The notes under the pieces were generated by a model. The model was not told the DNA's origin, did no database searches, and worked only from the letters and a program-made list of their open reading frames with translations. A DNA stretch of 64,000 nt from Ministeria vibrans ATCC 50519 (lineage: Eukaryota; Protista; Filasterea), in the NCBI GenBank assembly GCA_943704425.1, contig CALSCP010001419.1:27870-91869 (forward strand), written 5' to 3'. Made by a program: the position numbers and the translations under genes. This document shows, in pieces, positions 22,427-35,793 of the stretch (its first letter is position 1; every line of letters starts with the position of its first letter).

Positions 22427-24320
22427 ATGCCTCAAAACGACGAGTGGGAACCCGTCTCGCTGTATCCGGACAAGCGGGTGTTTTACAACGCAAAAGCGCG
22501 CAATGTTGTCGAGCGCGCGCCGACAGCCGGTGAAAGCGCCTCGCCCGTAGAGGCCAAGAGGTACCCCGCCCACCCTCCACCCCTGTCTTGTTCCACATGC
22601 GCTCATCCACTCGCTCGCTCGTCCCTGCCGCTAGCCGGCGAGTCCACGGAAATCTGTGTGTTTTGGTGCACGGCGCAAACAACCTTCTCGCCAGCGACCG
22701 CAACGGCAAATCTGACCCATACTGTGTCCTCGGCGTCGACTGTAACGGTCATGTGAAGCCCAAGGAAAAGACAAAGGTTGGTAGCAAGATATATTCGGGC
22801 TGTAATAAAGTTTCATTTTCGAACTTTATTCAGGTTATCAAGTCGGAGCTGTGTCCTCGCTGGGAAGAGCGAAAAGACATCCGCGTCGATTATGGTCGCT
22901 ACTTACAGATCCTTGTGATGGATCGTGACCGTCTGACACGCGATGATCGTCTTGGCCACGCTTTTGTTGACCTCACACAAATCACTTCGGGCTCACAACG
23001 TCTCCAAGTCGACTTGACTCCGTCCGGTTCTGTCGACGTCACTCTGGAACTTGCCGATGAGAGCGATCTCTTTGGCATGAGTCTCCAACAAGCATGTCAA
23101 CGTGAAGGGTAAATACGTGTTGTGTTGGTCCCACTGCAACGCGTTTTAACAGCTATGCATTTCCTTCAGCGCCACTCCACCACGCATTGTGAGCGAATGC
23201 ATTGCGGCAGTAGAGGCGCGCGGTGTCGACTCAGTCGGTCTCTACCGACTGTGTGGCAATCTGGACCACGTCAAGAAGTTGCGCCATGACTTTGATCGCA
23301 ACTCCGTCTCGAGCGACTCGCCCGTCGATCTGAGTGCCCCTGAAATTGGCGTTGACGACATTGCATCACTGCTCAAGCTCTACTTCCGCGAACTCCCCGA
23401 ACCGCTGTTGACCGAAGCACTTTTTCCGACTTTTATGGAGGCGTACCGACAGGCCAAGGAGCAGTCACTTGCACCGGCGCAACAGAGCACTCTGTATACA
23501 GCAGTGCTCGATCAACTGCCCAGCGAGAACCGAGCGACACTCGAGCCGCTTATGACCCACCTCACTCGCGTGCTGGCAGCCGCCGACATCAATAAGATGA
23601 CAGCACGCAACCTAGGCGTGTGTTTTGGCCCCACGCTGTTGTCGCCCTCCTTCGCCATCACCACTATGCCCAGCATGCTTGAACTTGAAGTACGCCAATC
23701 GTCTCTCTTAACATTCGGTTCTCATTGCCTCCTTCTTCGTGTTTTTAGGCTCAAAATGGCGTAGTGGAGTTCCTGATTAGCCACTGGCCGCTCAAGGAAG
23801 ACTCTTCTGCAACAGCATCTGCAACCACAGCCACTCCCCCCTCCGGAACCGACGACACGCAGTGGCTTTACAAGGCTCTCTTTGCGCGTTTCGATGCCAA
23901 CGGTGACAATGCCATTGACGCCACCGAGCTCAGACGCCTCTTTGCCGATCTTGGTGTGTCTCCTCCCCCTGAAGTCCAGACGCTCTCGGACTCCGATGGC
24001 TTTTCTTTTGAACAGTTTAGTGCTTTCCTCCAAAAGTGTGATCTCTACGAAAGGTCCGACCACCACAAAACAACAGAAACAAAAAAAAAAACAAGACGAG
24101 GGGGAGGAGGATACACACATGTTGATTCTTGAGACTCAAAAAAAATGTCGTCTTTTTATAGTGTGTTTTGGCTGAAACAGGCGAGACCGCGGCGCCGTCT
24201 ACGGTCGCCATGCAAGCGAATTTGGCAGAAACACGACACAGATGGACGCGGCTCACTCTCATACGACCAAGTCAGTACCACCTCACCATTGCCTAATTGA
24301 ATGTTATTTCTCACTCGCGT

Positions 24321-24418
<98 letters not shown>

Positions 24419-25012
24419 TATCACTTTGTCAATCACTTTGTTTCACTCTCACTATCACTTTGTTTCCCTCTCACTATCGCTTTGTTTTCCTCTCACTATC
24501 GCTTTATCCTCTCTCTCTCTCTTTCTCTCTCTTTCTCTTTGTTAGTTTCGTGTGATGCTTTGCGACGACTTTTCGTGCTCATACGACTCTGACGAGGACT
24601 TTGATGTCGTAGTGCGTCTTCTCGACGCAAACGGCGACGGTTCCATCGATTACGCTGAAGTAACATATTCAGACTTAGTTGTGTTTCTCTTGCCTCACTC
24701 ACTCATATACATATACTCCAGTTCAGCGACTGGTACACACACAGCGACGCAGCGATCGACACCCGTTCGCTCACGCGCGCCCAACTGGATCGTCTACGTA
24801 CTCTCCTCTATTCCTTCCGCTGCTACGACTCAGACGCCTCCAACGCACTCGACCGCACCGAGTTTGCCGAGCTGTACGCGTCCCTTGTGAACGCCGGGTA
24901 CGACATGGGTGACCCCACTACTGCCTTTGACAGCATGGACAAGCTCAATGTTGGCACTGTCAGCTATGCCGACTATGTTCAGTTTCTTCTTGAGTATAAT
25001 GGACAACTCTAA
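22427..25012 (+). CDS. C2 + RhoGAP + multiple EF-hand protein
   Basis: C2 (ANNLLASDRNGKSDPYC..PRWEE..MDRDRLTRDDRLG); RhoGAP (GLYRLCG, ASLLKLYFRELPEPLL, NKMTARNLGVCFGPTL); EF loops DANGDNAIDATEL, DANGDGSIDYAE, DSDASNALDRTEF, DKLNVGTVSYADY; stop TAA at 25010-25012. Confidence 0.82.
24323..24535. repeat. Intronic (CT)n microsatellite plus CTATCACTTTG-type minisatellite
   Basis: (CT)n at 24323-24414 followed by several TCTCACTATC(A/G)CTTTG units. Confidence 0.85.
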
Positions 25013-25090
25013 AAAGCTTCTTTTGTGTTTGTTTTGTTTTTGTTTCTTTGTTACACTTGTCGTCTCTCGTCAATGTCGCACGGCAGGGCA

Positions 25091-26306
25091 TTACTCGGTC
25101 CACGACTCTTCTACAGTAGCGCGCACCTTCTTCTCGTACTCACGTCGGTTCTCTTGAAACAGCTGTGCCGCTTGTGAGTTGGCCGGACTCGCTGCGTTAG
25201 GTTCGTCCAGAAGACTCTGTGATGTGGCGGTGATGTCAGCGCCCGAGACGACCTCCTCCTTTCTCGCATAACTATCTTACCTGAATGGACGTAAGAATCG
25301 CTGCAACGTCGTAGGTGGGACTCCACCGGTTCTGTAGAATATCAAGACAAATGGCACCTATCCACACACACCCACACACACACACAGCAATTCAGCGATG
25401 GTCTGTCGGTCGCTTTCCCCTTTCTCCTTACCGTCGGCATAGACGTTGGGATGGAACATTTTGGAGACAAACTTGACGACAGGCGACTTGTTGGGGTAGT
25501 CTTCGGTGAACTCCAGACGCAGCTTGAAGGTGCCTGAAAACAGGCACAGAGTCATCAGCAATCGACGCATAATACACCACCCTCAGCTGCGCAACGGTAT
25601 CCGTCGAGCACCGCCGTCCAAGCAGCACACAATAAATGGGTTCGACCCACAAAGTCAAAAACTCGTCACGAATCGTCCCCCCACAAAAAAAAAAAAGAAA
25701 AAACACACTTAAACCCAACTCAACGGAATCCTTTCACCGCCATTTCGTCGCCACGACAACAGCACTGGTCCACGAAGTCATCCCACGCACAACAGAGGAG
25801 CAAACAACGCCCACGAGGCGCACAAGCGGGGCATTTTCTTCTTTTTTCTCAGGCGTACCATCCTCAAACGGGGTGTCGACAGGTCCAAAGATGACTGCGT
25901 TCCACAGCATAATGTTGCTGTCCATCGGCGACCCAGACACGCCACCAGGAGGGTCGTTCTGAAGTCTACACGGGTACCAGACGCGAGAGAGTGAGAGAGG
26001 GTAAGTGAGAGAGACTGAGAGACTGTTGAAAACGTCAAAAAAAAAAAGAAGAAGAAGAAGAGATTTGCACTGACAAGCCTTTTAGACCCTATCCTTCACA
26101 AAGTACGCCATGGACGTAAGCAATGCCGACACATCACAGAAACCCAGACAATATCGTCCGCATTTCCCGATGCAAAATCGACCAAGAAAGTCGGTCGATC
26201 ATCGTCATACAAACCGCCCCGCTTCCTCTCTCCCAAGCAAAAGCAACTAGGACCCGGTGTACCTCTTAAAGTCTCGCATCAAACGGCGTCTTGCAGGGGT
26301 CGACAT
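25091..26306 (-). CDS. UBE2A: Ubiquitin-conjugating enzyme E2 RAD6/UBE2A-B
   Basis: [15 protein letters not shown]|[29 protein letters not shown]|[47 protein letters not shown]. Confidence 0.95.
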
Positions 26307-26405
26307 GTTGAAGGCGGTTGTCGGGCTATACAATACTGAACTTACTCAACGTGTACTCAACATAGTGAACTAAGAATATCATTTGATCACCTTAGACTTT
26401 TACCA

Positions 26406-29400
26406 ATGGCGCTACGCGCCCTCTGTTTTGCGTCTGCTCTGATCCTGCTGACGCTACCGACTGCCTTGTGTACGTTTCCCAGCAGCAGCGACATTTGTTC
26501 TATTTGCCGGTGTTCTCATGACGCCATTGGACTTGTCATCGACTGCAAGGGACTCGGACTCACCCAAGTCCCTCCTGTGCCGCTCAACACCACCGTCCTA
26601 GATCTCTCGCACAACTCACTCTCGGTATCTGCCTTGCCCGAGAATGTCTTTGAAGGCCTCACGCAGCTGTACGCTCTCGACATCGCGGAGAATCCTATCG
26701 GTGTATGGCCCACGGCGCTCGCCCTTGCTGATCTTCCCGCCCTCGAAATTCTCGACCTAACGGACTGCTCGCTCCACGCTCTTCCAGCCGGGGCCCTAGA
26801 AAAGACACCCAACTTGACCATGCTCTTCCTCGCAAACAACCTCCTTACTGCGAGCAGCATTTACAGTGGCGCATTTGAACCCCTTCACGCACTGCGCTCT
26901 CTTCTCCTCGACTCAAATCGATTCCAAACGCTGCCGCTTGCTCTCCAGCACGGTAGCTTCTCTGAACTCACCGTGTTGAGCATCAACAACGTGGGGTTGG
27001 GTCATCTCCAAGCACATGCCTTTGCGAACATGCCCAGACTGGAAAACCTGGGCCTCAAGGGAAACAGGCTGACGAACAACTCAATCAGCCCCTTCGCCTT
27101 TGCCGGCCTGTTCGCCCTGCGGCTGCTCACACTCGACTTCAATCCTCTTTCTTCTTTTCCCATGGCGCTCGCCACCTCGCCCATGCCCAATGTTACTAGC
27201 TTGTCCCTGGGGAACACACTCATCTCGTCGCTGGAAGGCGGTCATATCTTTCGCCAGGTGCCCAACTTGGCAGCGCTCGACTTGTCGGGGAATCAACTGG
27301 CCGCCATCAACATTGAGTGGACTACGTTTAACACCACCCGTCACCTGAAGAGTCTCTTCCTGCACAACAATCCTCTTGGCACCTACCCCTTTGCTCTTAT
27401 TGTGGGCACTCTGCCTTGTCTCAACGAACTCACACTGCGCTCCACCAAACTCTCCGCCGTGCCCGCCGAGGCCTTTCTTCAGTTTGCCTCGAATATCACT
27501 CTGCTCGACCTTAGCTACAATTATCTCACGGCCGACTCGCTCGCACCGCATGCCTTCAGCGCCACCCACTCCCTCAACCAGATCACTCTCTCCTCCAACG
27601 CACTCGGTCACTACCCCGCCGCCCTCCAGTCACAGGCGCTCGCCAGCGTACAGTGGCTACGGCTCGACGAATGCGTCATTCGCGTGCTTCCCGACGATGC
27701 CTTTGCCACTATGCCCCAACTGTTGTACTTGTCGCTCCAGCGCAATCAGCTCGGTCGACTGCCCTCCACTCTTTTCGACTTTAGCCCTCACCTGGTGACA
27801 CTCGACCTTTCGCAAAATCCTTTGGGTTGTGACTGGCCCCCGGCTCTGCTCTCTACCGCCTTGGCCAATGTGAAGACTCTCTTCCTGTCGGGCGTTGGTC
27901 TCACTTCGGTTCCTCGCAATGCCTTTGTCAACATGCCCGACGTCGGCCTCCACGCTCTTGACCTGTCCAACAACACGCTTACCGCATCCTCCATTGATCC
28001 CGACGTCTTTCGCAGCACACACCTTGTAACCACACTCACTCTTGACAACAATCCCCTCGGTGCCATTCCCGACGCACTCTTCCTACTTCCCGTCGGCGTC
28101 TCGACCCTCAGCATGAACAACGTGAAACTCGCTGTCGTCCCATCCAACTCGTTCGCCAACGACTCCGTCATCGACTACCTCTGCCTTTCCAACAACCTGC
28201 TCACAGCCGACTCCATTGCACCCACCGCGTTTTCCTCCCTTGAGCGTCTCTCCACCCTCGACCTCTCGGGCAATCCCCTTGGTCGCTGGCCCGACGCCCT
28301 TCTCCTAGGCCCCGCCCCTCGCTACGGCGACCATCTTGCTACGCTCAACCTTGCCTCGACCAATATCTCGTCCATCCCCGAGAATGCCTTTGCCGGCCTT
28401 CGCGCTCTCACACAACTTTTTCTCAACGACAATCCCGCTCTTGCGTCGCTGCCCGCGAACCTCTTCGATGAAACCCGCCTGCTCAACTCCGTGTCACTCG
28501 ATCGCACCTTCTTTCCCGACTTCCCAGCCGCCCTCTCGCACATCCCCTCCCTCACCACCCTCTCCATGGTCGACTGCTCCCTCAGCTATGTGCCGCAGGC
28601 CGCCTTTGAGAACACGGCCCTCATCAAGTATATCAACTTTGCCTCAAACTCCATCACGGCCGTTGACTTTCTCACCGACGCCTTCGCCATCGAGACACTT
28701 ATTCTCGACTTCAATCCTCTCGACCCCTTGCGCTTGTCAAGCCTTCGCCTTGTCATTCAGCTTGAGGTCCTCTCGCTCGTCCACTGCAATCTTGACATTT
28801 CCTTGGCGTCCGTCGCGTTCACGTCTCTGCAGAACTCTCTCAGTGAGCTGTACCTCGACGGCAACAACGCTCCTTACTACCCCGACCTTTTTAAGACTTT
28901 TTCTGCGCTCCGTATCCTTTCCATGCGCGACACCGGCTTGCCTGCGCTGCCCGACGATGCCTTTTACAACCTGCAGTCGCTCAGCGGCGTCTTCCTCAGC
29001 GGCAACCAACTTCATTCTATTCCCGACATGCTCTTCTCCGAGGCACTCTCTCTTGAGCAAATCAACCTTGATAGCAACCATCTTTTGGCGTATCCGACGC
29101 GTGCTCTGGCGCAGCTGCGCACCGTCTCGTCCATTTCCCTCGCGAACAACAACATCTCTGCAATCTCTGTGGGCTCATTCGACGCCACCCTTGCGCTGCG
29201 GCACCTAAACTTGTCTAACAACGCCATCGAGGCGATCCCCTGCGCCCTCTTCGACACTCTCCACCTCGACACGCTCTCTCTCGTTGACAACAGCCTGCGC
29301 AACGCATCCGCCTGCTGGCTTGATGCTCTCTCCAAGGTCGAATCCTTTTCGCTCTCGGGAAACAGTCTCGTCAATGTCGACCACGCTTTCAGCCGCTGGC

Positions 29401-30972
29401 ACAATTTGCGTCTGCTTGCGCTCACCTCCAATCGTCTGCGCACCGTCCCGGCCGGACTGCCCGTCTCCCTTGAGATGCTCTTTCTCGACGACAACGATAT
29501 TGACACACTCGACCCGTCTGCTATCGTTCCCATCGGCAACCTCACGTACATTGGATTGGCTGAGAACCGTCTGTCGACGCACCAGGTCCAACGCCTTCTT
29601 TCGTACTACACCAATGCGCAGCTGCGCTTGCTCACGATCAACGTTATTGCCAACGAACTCACGGGCTCCTTTATGGTACCACCCATCAATGCAATTGACC
29701 TCAGCTCGAATGGCCTCACCTCAGTCGTGACCGATTCGCTTCCCTTCACGCGCGAATGGGGTCTTCTCTCTGTATTGAACCAGACGGGCTTTACCGGACC
29801 TGCCTGTCCCCCTAATGTCGTGGGCGCTTGGCCCGTGTGCGACGGTATCTGCTCGGCCTACTGCACCCCGCACGGTATGGGCGGCTGCTCGTCGCCGTCA
29901 CCACGCAGCTGCTGTCCCCTCGGTTACCACGGTCCGAACTGCGCCTACGCCTTCCACTGCCAACCAGGTCTTTGCGGACCCCACGGCACGTGCGAGGAGC
30001 ACAATCTGATTCCCCTCTCCAAAGATGGTCTCGCCTTTACGTACAACCTTACGTGTACCTGCACCGACGGTTTCTACTCGCTGCAGCCCACGAGCGCCGC
30101 CGCTCTCAAGGTCACCAATGTGCCTTCGTGCGTCAGTGTGTGTCCCAGCGACACGTACATATCCGCCAACAATGCGTGCGAATCGTGCAGCTCGACGTGC
30201 GGTACGGGCGGCTGCAAGGGACCCTCCAGCAAGGACTGCATTGAGAACCACACGGCGCGCACTGCGACGGCCGCCAGCTCTTCGTCCGTCATCATTGTGC
30301 TGCTCGTGGCACTCCTAGTGTGGCGACTGGGCGTGCGCAAGCGACGACGCGACGTAGCCCAGACCAAAGGACTGTACGAACGACTGCTTGAGGACGTCAA
30401 TCAGGTGTGGCAGGTCTCCGAGCAGGATGTACGCTTTGAGCGTCGCATTGCCAGTGGTGCTTCAGGGGAGGTACGAAAAAAAAAAAGTGAACTGCAATGA
30501 TATTAATGTAATAAAATATTAATATTATTTTAGGTGTGGTTTGGGGAGTGGTTGGGACGATCGGTGGCAGTGAAAAAGCTACGAATGGAGGTCGCAGAGA
30601 CGGACGACGAGCTGTTGAGGGACTTTAATAAGGAAGTGGCGTTCCTGAAAGGGATGCGACACCGCAACATTGTGCTGTTCTACGGCGCAGGGCGGCTCGA
30701 AAGCACCAACTGCCCCTTTTTGGTGCTCGAGCACATGGAGCGCGGCTCGCTCGACAAGCTGCTGCATGCGTCGGATGAGAAGGTCACGTGGGACTTGCGT
30801 GTGTCCATTGCGAATGATGTTGCTCGTGGCATGCGCTTCCTTCACAAGCGCGATCCGCCCGTGCTCCATCGCGACCTCAAGAGTCTCAATGTGCTGCTCA
30901 ACGACCGTTGGATTGCGAAGGTAAAAAAGATATTTGTTTTGGGAAAGGCAATCGCATTATATTTTGCGTGCA

Positions 30973-31037
<65 letters not shown>

Positions 31038-31623
31038 ATATATGCATGTATATATAAAAATTATGGTCTTTGATTAAATATCTGCCTAGATTGCGGATTT
31101 TGGTGAATCGCGAGCGATTGAGGCGCTGCAGGGAACGAGGAAGCGAGGACGACGCGCACGCGCAATGGACGCAATGCAGTCTGCAGTCTCTGCTGCGACG
31201 AATGGGAAAGGTGGTGGAGGTTTGCATGGCAGTGGAGGTAGTAGCAGTGGTGGTGGCAGTGGAAGTGGCAAGGAAGTGTCACCGGGGGGCTCGGCACACT
31301 CGTCGGCGCGGGGGATCACGTCGCGACGAGGCACGCCTGGATGGTGTGCGCCCGAGGCACAGACCGGCGAGCAGTATGGTCTGTCGGCGGATGTGTTTTC
31401 CTTTGCCATTGTCATGTGGGAGATTGCAGCGCGCTCCTTTCCCTTTGAAGACCTGCCCACCTGGGCCGTGGGCGATGCGGTGGCTGAGGGTCAGCGGCCA
31501 TCCGTGCCCACCGACACTCCACTGCTTTACGCGGAGCTCATGGAACGCTGTTGGGACCACGATCCCACCAGGAGACCCACATTTGACATGTGCTGTGATC
31601 TTCTGGACGATGTACTCTTGTAA
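26406..31623 (+). CDS. LRR receptor-like kinase (TKL group): signal peptide, LRRNT, ~40 LRRs, EGF-like and furin-like Cys-rich regions, TM helix, kinase
   Basis: Exons 26406-30470, 30534-30920 and 31090-31623. TM VIIVLLVALLVW followed by RKRRR; kinase motifs ASGASGEV, VAVKKL, HRDLKSLN, DFG, GTPGWCAPE, DVFSFAIVMWE. Confidence 0.9.
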
Positions 31624-31712
31624 TATTTTAATTAAGAAAATAAAATTAATAGAGAATCGAGAGCTGCAGAATGATTCAATTTTTCACAATTCACAGTCAT
31701 TAATTTTTATTC

Positions 31713-33128
31713 ATGGAAATCTTAGAGTGCAGCGTCCGCGAGCCCACGCGCGTTGGGGACTCGCTGACGGGACACATGGAGTATGCGGTGACGACGGAGA
31801 CGAGTCTGCCCGAGTACGCTGCGCCCTCCGTCACGGTCCGCCGCCGCTTTCGCGACTTCTTCTGGCTTCGCGAGGCGCTTGTTGAGAACCACCCAGGCGT
31901 GGTGGTCCCAGTGGGTCCTGAAAAGAATCTTATTGGTACAGCAAAAGGGGGGCGATGTCGTGTGTTGAACTTAATTGTGTGTTACGACAACTGCTTAGCG
32001 TCCAAGACAGCCAAGGAAGATTCTGTCTTCATCGAGCGAAGACGACACGCTCTCGAACGGTTCCTGCGCCGCGTTGCTGCACATCCCAAGTTACGCAACA
32101 GCACTCATTTGAGGTATTTCCTCGAGTATCCCGAAAAGGTAAGCGACAGAGACATGGTTTGAAGAAGACATTTGGGATGACAGAAACTCACTCGATTTTC
32201 TGGGTTAGATTCGCGAGTCGACCACAAAACCAACGCAACAGCTCAGCACCGCCTTCTTCAGCATTATCAAAGACGTGCGCAAGTCTGTTGCCTCCGTTGT
32301 GGCTAGTGCGTCAGTAACAGTCAATGAGCAAGAGGATGCCTGGTACACACAAAGACACAAACAAACGGCTGTCTCGCTCTCTGACACACGCTTTCTCTCA
32401 CTCTTCTACAGGTTCAAAGCAAACGAAGTGCGCCTAGATCATCTTCATTGCGACTTGAAACTCCTTCACAAAGTGATGCGCACGGCAGTCACTGATCTTG
32501 AACGTAGGCTCAAATTGCGAAACAGCACGCTCTTATCTTCCGTGTAGAACTGAGTGGAGCTTACGCACGCACTGCCAAGGCACTTGGTGGGCTGGGAGGC
32601 GAGACACTGGGGCACCATGTGCCGGTGAGCAGTGCGCTGACGTCGCTGTCGTCGATCCTGGCGACGTCAAGTATGCGCGCACACGAGCAGATGCGCGACC
32701 TGGCTGTGTTTCAGGACACGGTGCAGGACTACGTTGTCATGGTGCACGTTACCAAGGACAAGTTTAGCGACCGCGCCGACCTCTTCAACGCATGGTCCTC
32801 CACCAAGAGCAAGTACCTGCGTCGCAAGGAGACCGCTCAGCGCCTGCGCGCCGACCCGTCCGCCAGCGAGGACAAGAAGACAGTCGCCATCTGCGACTTT
32901 CTCGAGACCAAGGACAAGCTCAAGGCGCTCAAGGAGCAGTTTCGTGAGTTTACCAACAATTTGCGCGACGACGTGGACCGCTTCTATGCGGAACACACTG
33001 CCGAGTTTATGGCAGCCATTGAGAACTACATTGCTCGCACCTGTGTCCGCCAGCGCGAGCTGCTAGTTCTCTGGCGCGACTACGGGCCCGTTGTCGACAC
33101 CCTCGTTGCTGCCTTGCCCGCCGCATAG
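31713..33128 (+). CDS. Sorting nexin, PX-BAR (SNX1/2/Vps5-like)
   Basis: PX: VRRRFRDFFWL..HPGVVVPVGPEK..FIERRRHALERFLRRVAAHPKL; helical BAR-like C-terminus. Confidence 0.85.
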
Positions 33129-33418
33129 TTTGTACATTTTCTTTTCATATAATTATTTTTCGGTGAGTAAACTTTTCACTTCATATTATTTTAAGAAATC
33201 TTCTTCATCATTTATTTTGTCACAGCTCGATTACGTCCTGTACGAAAGCGGCAGTTAGTTGGGGCGCGAAGGCGTTTGTATGCTCCACGTGACTGTTTGA
33301 CGTTAGTGTTCGCTGATGAAAGAGAGACTCGTTTAAAAGTGTGTGAAAGTGAGCGGTTCATAATTTCTAGTCAAAGTGATCAAACTTCAAAGTAAATATT
33401 CTTTTTTTTTGTTTCAAA

Positions 33419-33857
33419 ATGCGTCCCTCCTCTGCCAGTGCCACCAGCAAAACCGACGTTCCCGTGCGACGCACCGGGCGTGTTTCAAAGCCCCCGGCGC
33501 GCTTTGTGCCTGGGAAAGAGCCTCTGCCTGTTCTCCTCGAAACCATGATTCGTGATATTGCATCGGCCGCCACTAAGAAAGAAGGCCTGGCGTTTGACGT
33601 TGACGCCGTCTCGGTCCTTGAGCAAGGTGAGCATTAACGTTATTAATAATATTCGTTTTAATTTATGTTTACGCGCGAAAATTGAAAAAAAAAACAACTA
33701 TTCGTTTTCATTTCCAGTTCTCCAAGTCGCTCTGAAGAATCTTCTTGCTTCAGCGTATGCCCATGCTCAAAGTAAAGGCCGTGAGTCCATTGAGAAGGCC
33801 GACTTGGATGCCGCTTGCTCAGTGCTTCAAAAATTCAAAACGAGCACCAAAAAATGA
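33419..33857 (+). CDS. Small divergent histone-fold protein (H3/CENP-like)
   Basis: Two exons (intron ~33627-33717) give ..LETMIRDIASAATKKEGLAFDVDAVSVLEQVLQVALKNLLASAYAHAQSKGRESIEKADLDAA.., which follows the H3 helix1-loop-helix2-RxTI-D pattern. Confidence 0.7.
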
Positions 33858-33953
33858 GCAAAATTTCGATGCGCATCTTGTACAGTACACACGCAAACAC
33901 ACAGGCACAACCAACCGGGAAAACGTGCTCACAAAATAAGAGAGAAGAAGTAT

Positions 33954-35732
33954 TCATTCGATGTCGTTGAGGCGAACTGCCGAATGGTCGCGTTCGCGTG
34001 CAGCTTCGGCAGCCACATCCTGTAGGTGTTTGAGCAGGATCTCGTTTCGCACGGCGTCCTCAACGTCCTCCATTGTCATGCGACGGCGTGAGTCGTACGT
34101 CTGTACAATCACATTGTCCACTGCACGCGGATGGTCGCGCTATAGAGTAGGAAAAGGGCGTGTGAGAGACAGACCAAACACCAAATGGAGGACTTACATG
34201 TGTCGCTTCAGAATGTGCCGTCGCTACTTCGGCTCGTCGCGCATTCTCATGGTCGTCCACGGGATCCTATAATACACACATCCGAAAGCGGCAAGAGGGT
34301 GAGGGGGATAAATGGGGGGNNNNNNNNNNAGCGTTGACGTAGGTACATGAAGAGCGCCATGTACACAGACGGACACACACAATCGTACAAAGTCACCGGC
34401 GGTCGCCTCGGTGGAGGAAGTGGCGGCAATGGTATCTTCAAGTTTTAAGGCTTGGACAGCAGCAGTGGCGCTGGCGGCAGCAGGCGCAGCGTCGACGGGC
34501 TGGGGTGAGGCGTCAGGGGTGTCGGGACCCGCAGTTGCAGTCGAGTCCACGCCCGACGTGGCATTAGGGTGGACAATGCTGGCAATGGTGCCCTTGACGC
34601 GTGTCTTGACGTTGCGCACAAACTTCTTGAAGCCGTGAGGCTTGTCCGACGCGAGTTTGATAAACTCGGCCTGCTTGAGGCGCTGAAGTCGCTCAAATAT
34701 GAGGTGGTACGTGTTCTTGATGGAGCTCTCCTCGGGCGTCGCCAGAGCTGCCTGCACATCGCCCAACTCATAGCCAAAGTCAGTCAGCATCTCGTCGACG
34801 ACCTCCTCGTCAAGCTGGGTGGTAGGGATGATGCTCTTGCGCGGGATCACAAAGGTCGCCAGATCGTTGCCTGAGCTGAAGACGCCCTGAAAGAACTCAT
34901 GGCGCACGACTGCTTCCATGTCGGGCCGCAGCATGGGGTTGGTGTTGAGCACAAACTTGATCAGGTCGCAGATCACTGAAAAAAAAACAAGCGAGACGGA
35001 GAGAGAGAGGAGAAAGAAACAAAGTGACGGTGAGAGGAAAAATAAGGACAGGAGAGCTTTCGACTCTTTTTTTTCTTTCTCGCGTGCGCGCGCGCTCTCT
35101 CTCTCTCTCTTTTCTGTTTCTGAGACGGACCTGGTGCGACTGTGTTTGGGATGCGCGTGTATCGACCAGAGATGACGCGGTCGTACAGCTGCTCCATGGT
35201 CTTGGCCGTAAACGGGTGCACACCCACGGCCATGTGGTACAGAATGACGCCGAGAGACCACACGTCCACCTTGTTCCCAGCGTACTTGATCCCCTGTAGA
35301 ATCTCCGGCGCCGCATACGACGGTGACCCAATAAACGACGCAAGCACGTCACCCTCGTCAAACACATTGGTAAACCCAAAGTCAATAATTTTGACCGTCT
35401 TGTGGTCCGCCGTCACCATAATGTTCTGCGGCTTCAGGTCCCGATGCACAATGTTGTTGCTGTGCAGGTACATCATTGCAGAGCATATCTGCCGGAACAG
35501 ATCTCGCACGCGCCCCTCTGGCATTCCCGCTCCCTCTGTTCGCGTGATCTCCTTCTTCAACTCTCCTCCCGAAATGTGCTGAAATGCAAAAATAATCATC
35601 AATACAATATTGATCGGATCTACACGCCGTCTTGATTACCTCCATAATCAACACGATGACCTAACACACCACAGAGACAAAATACAAAGCACTTGTTAGT
35701 AAACACGATCGCGACACCACAAACAAAACGCC

Positions 35733-35793
<61 letters not shown>

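Noticed and set aside
25635-25652. GGTTCGACCC tRNA T-loop-like motif in a UBE2A intron
   Set aside because: No cloverleaf, D-arm or acceptor stem could be built around it.
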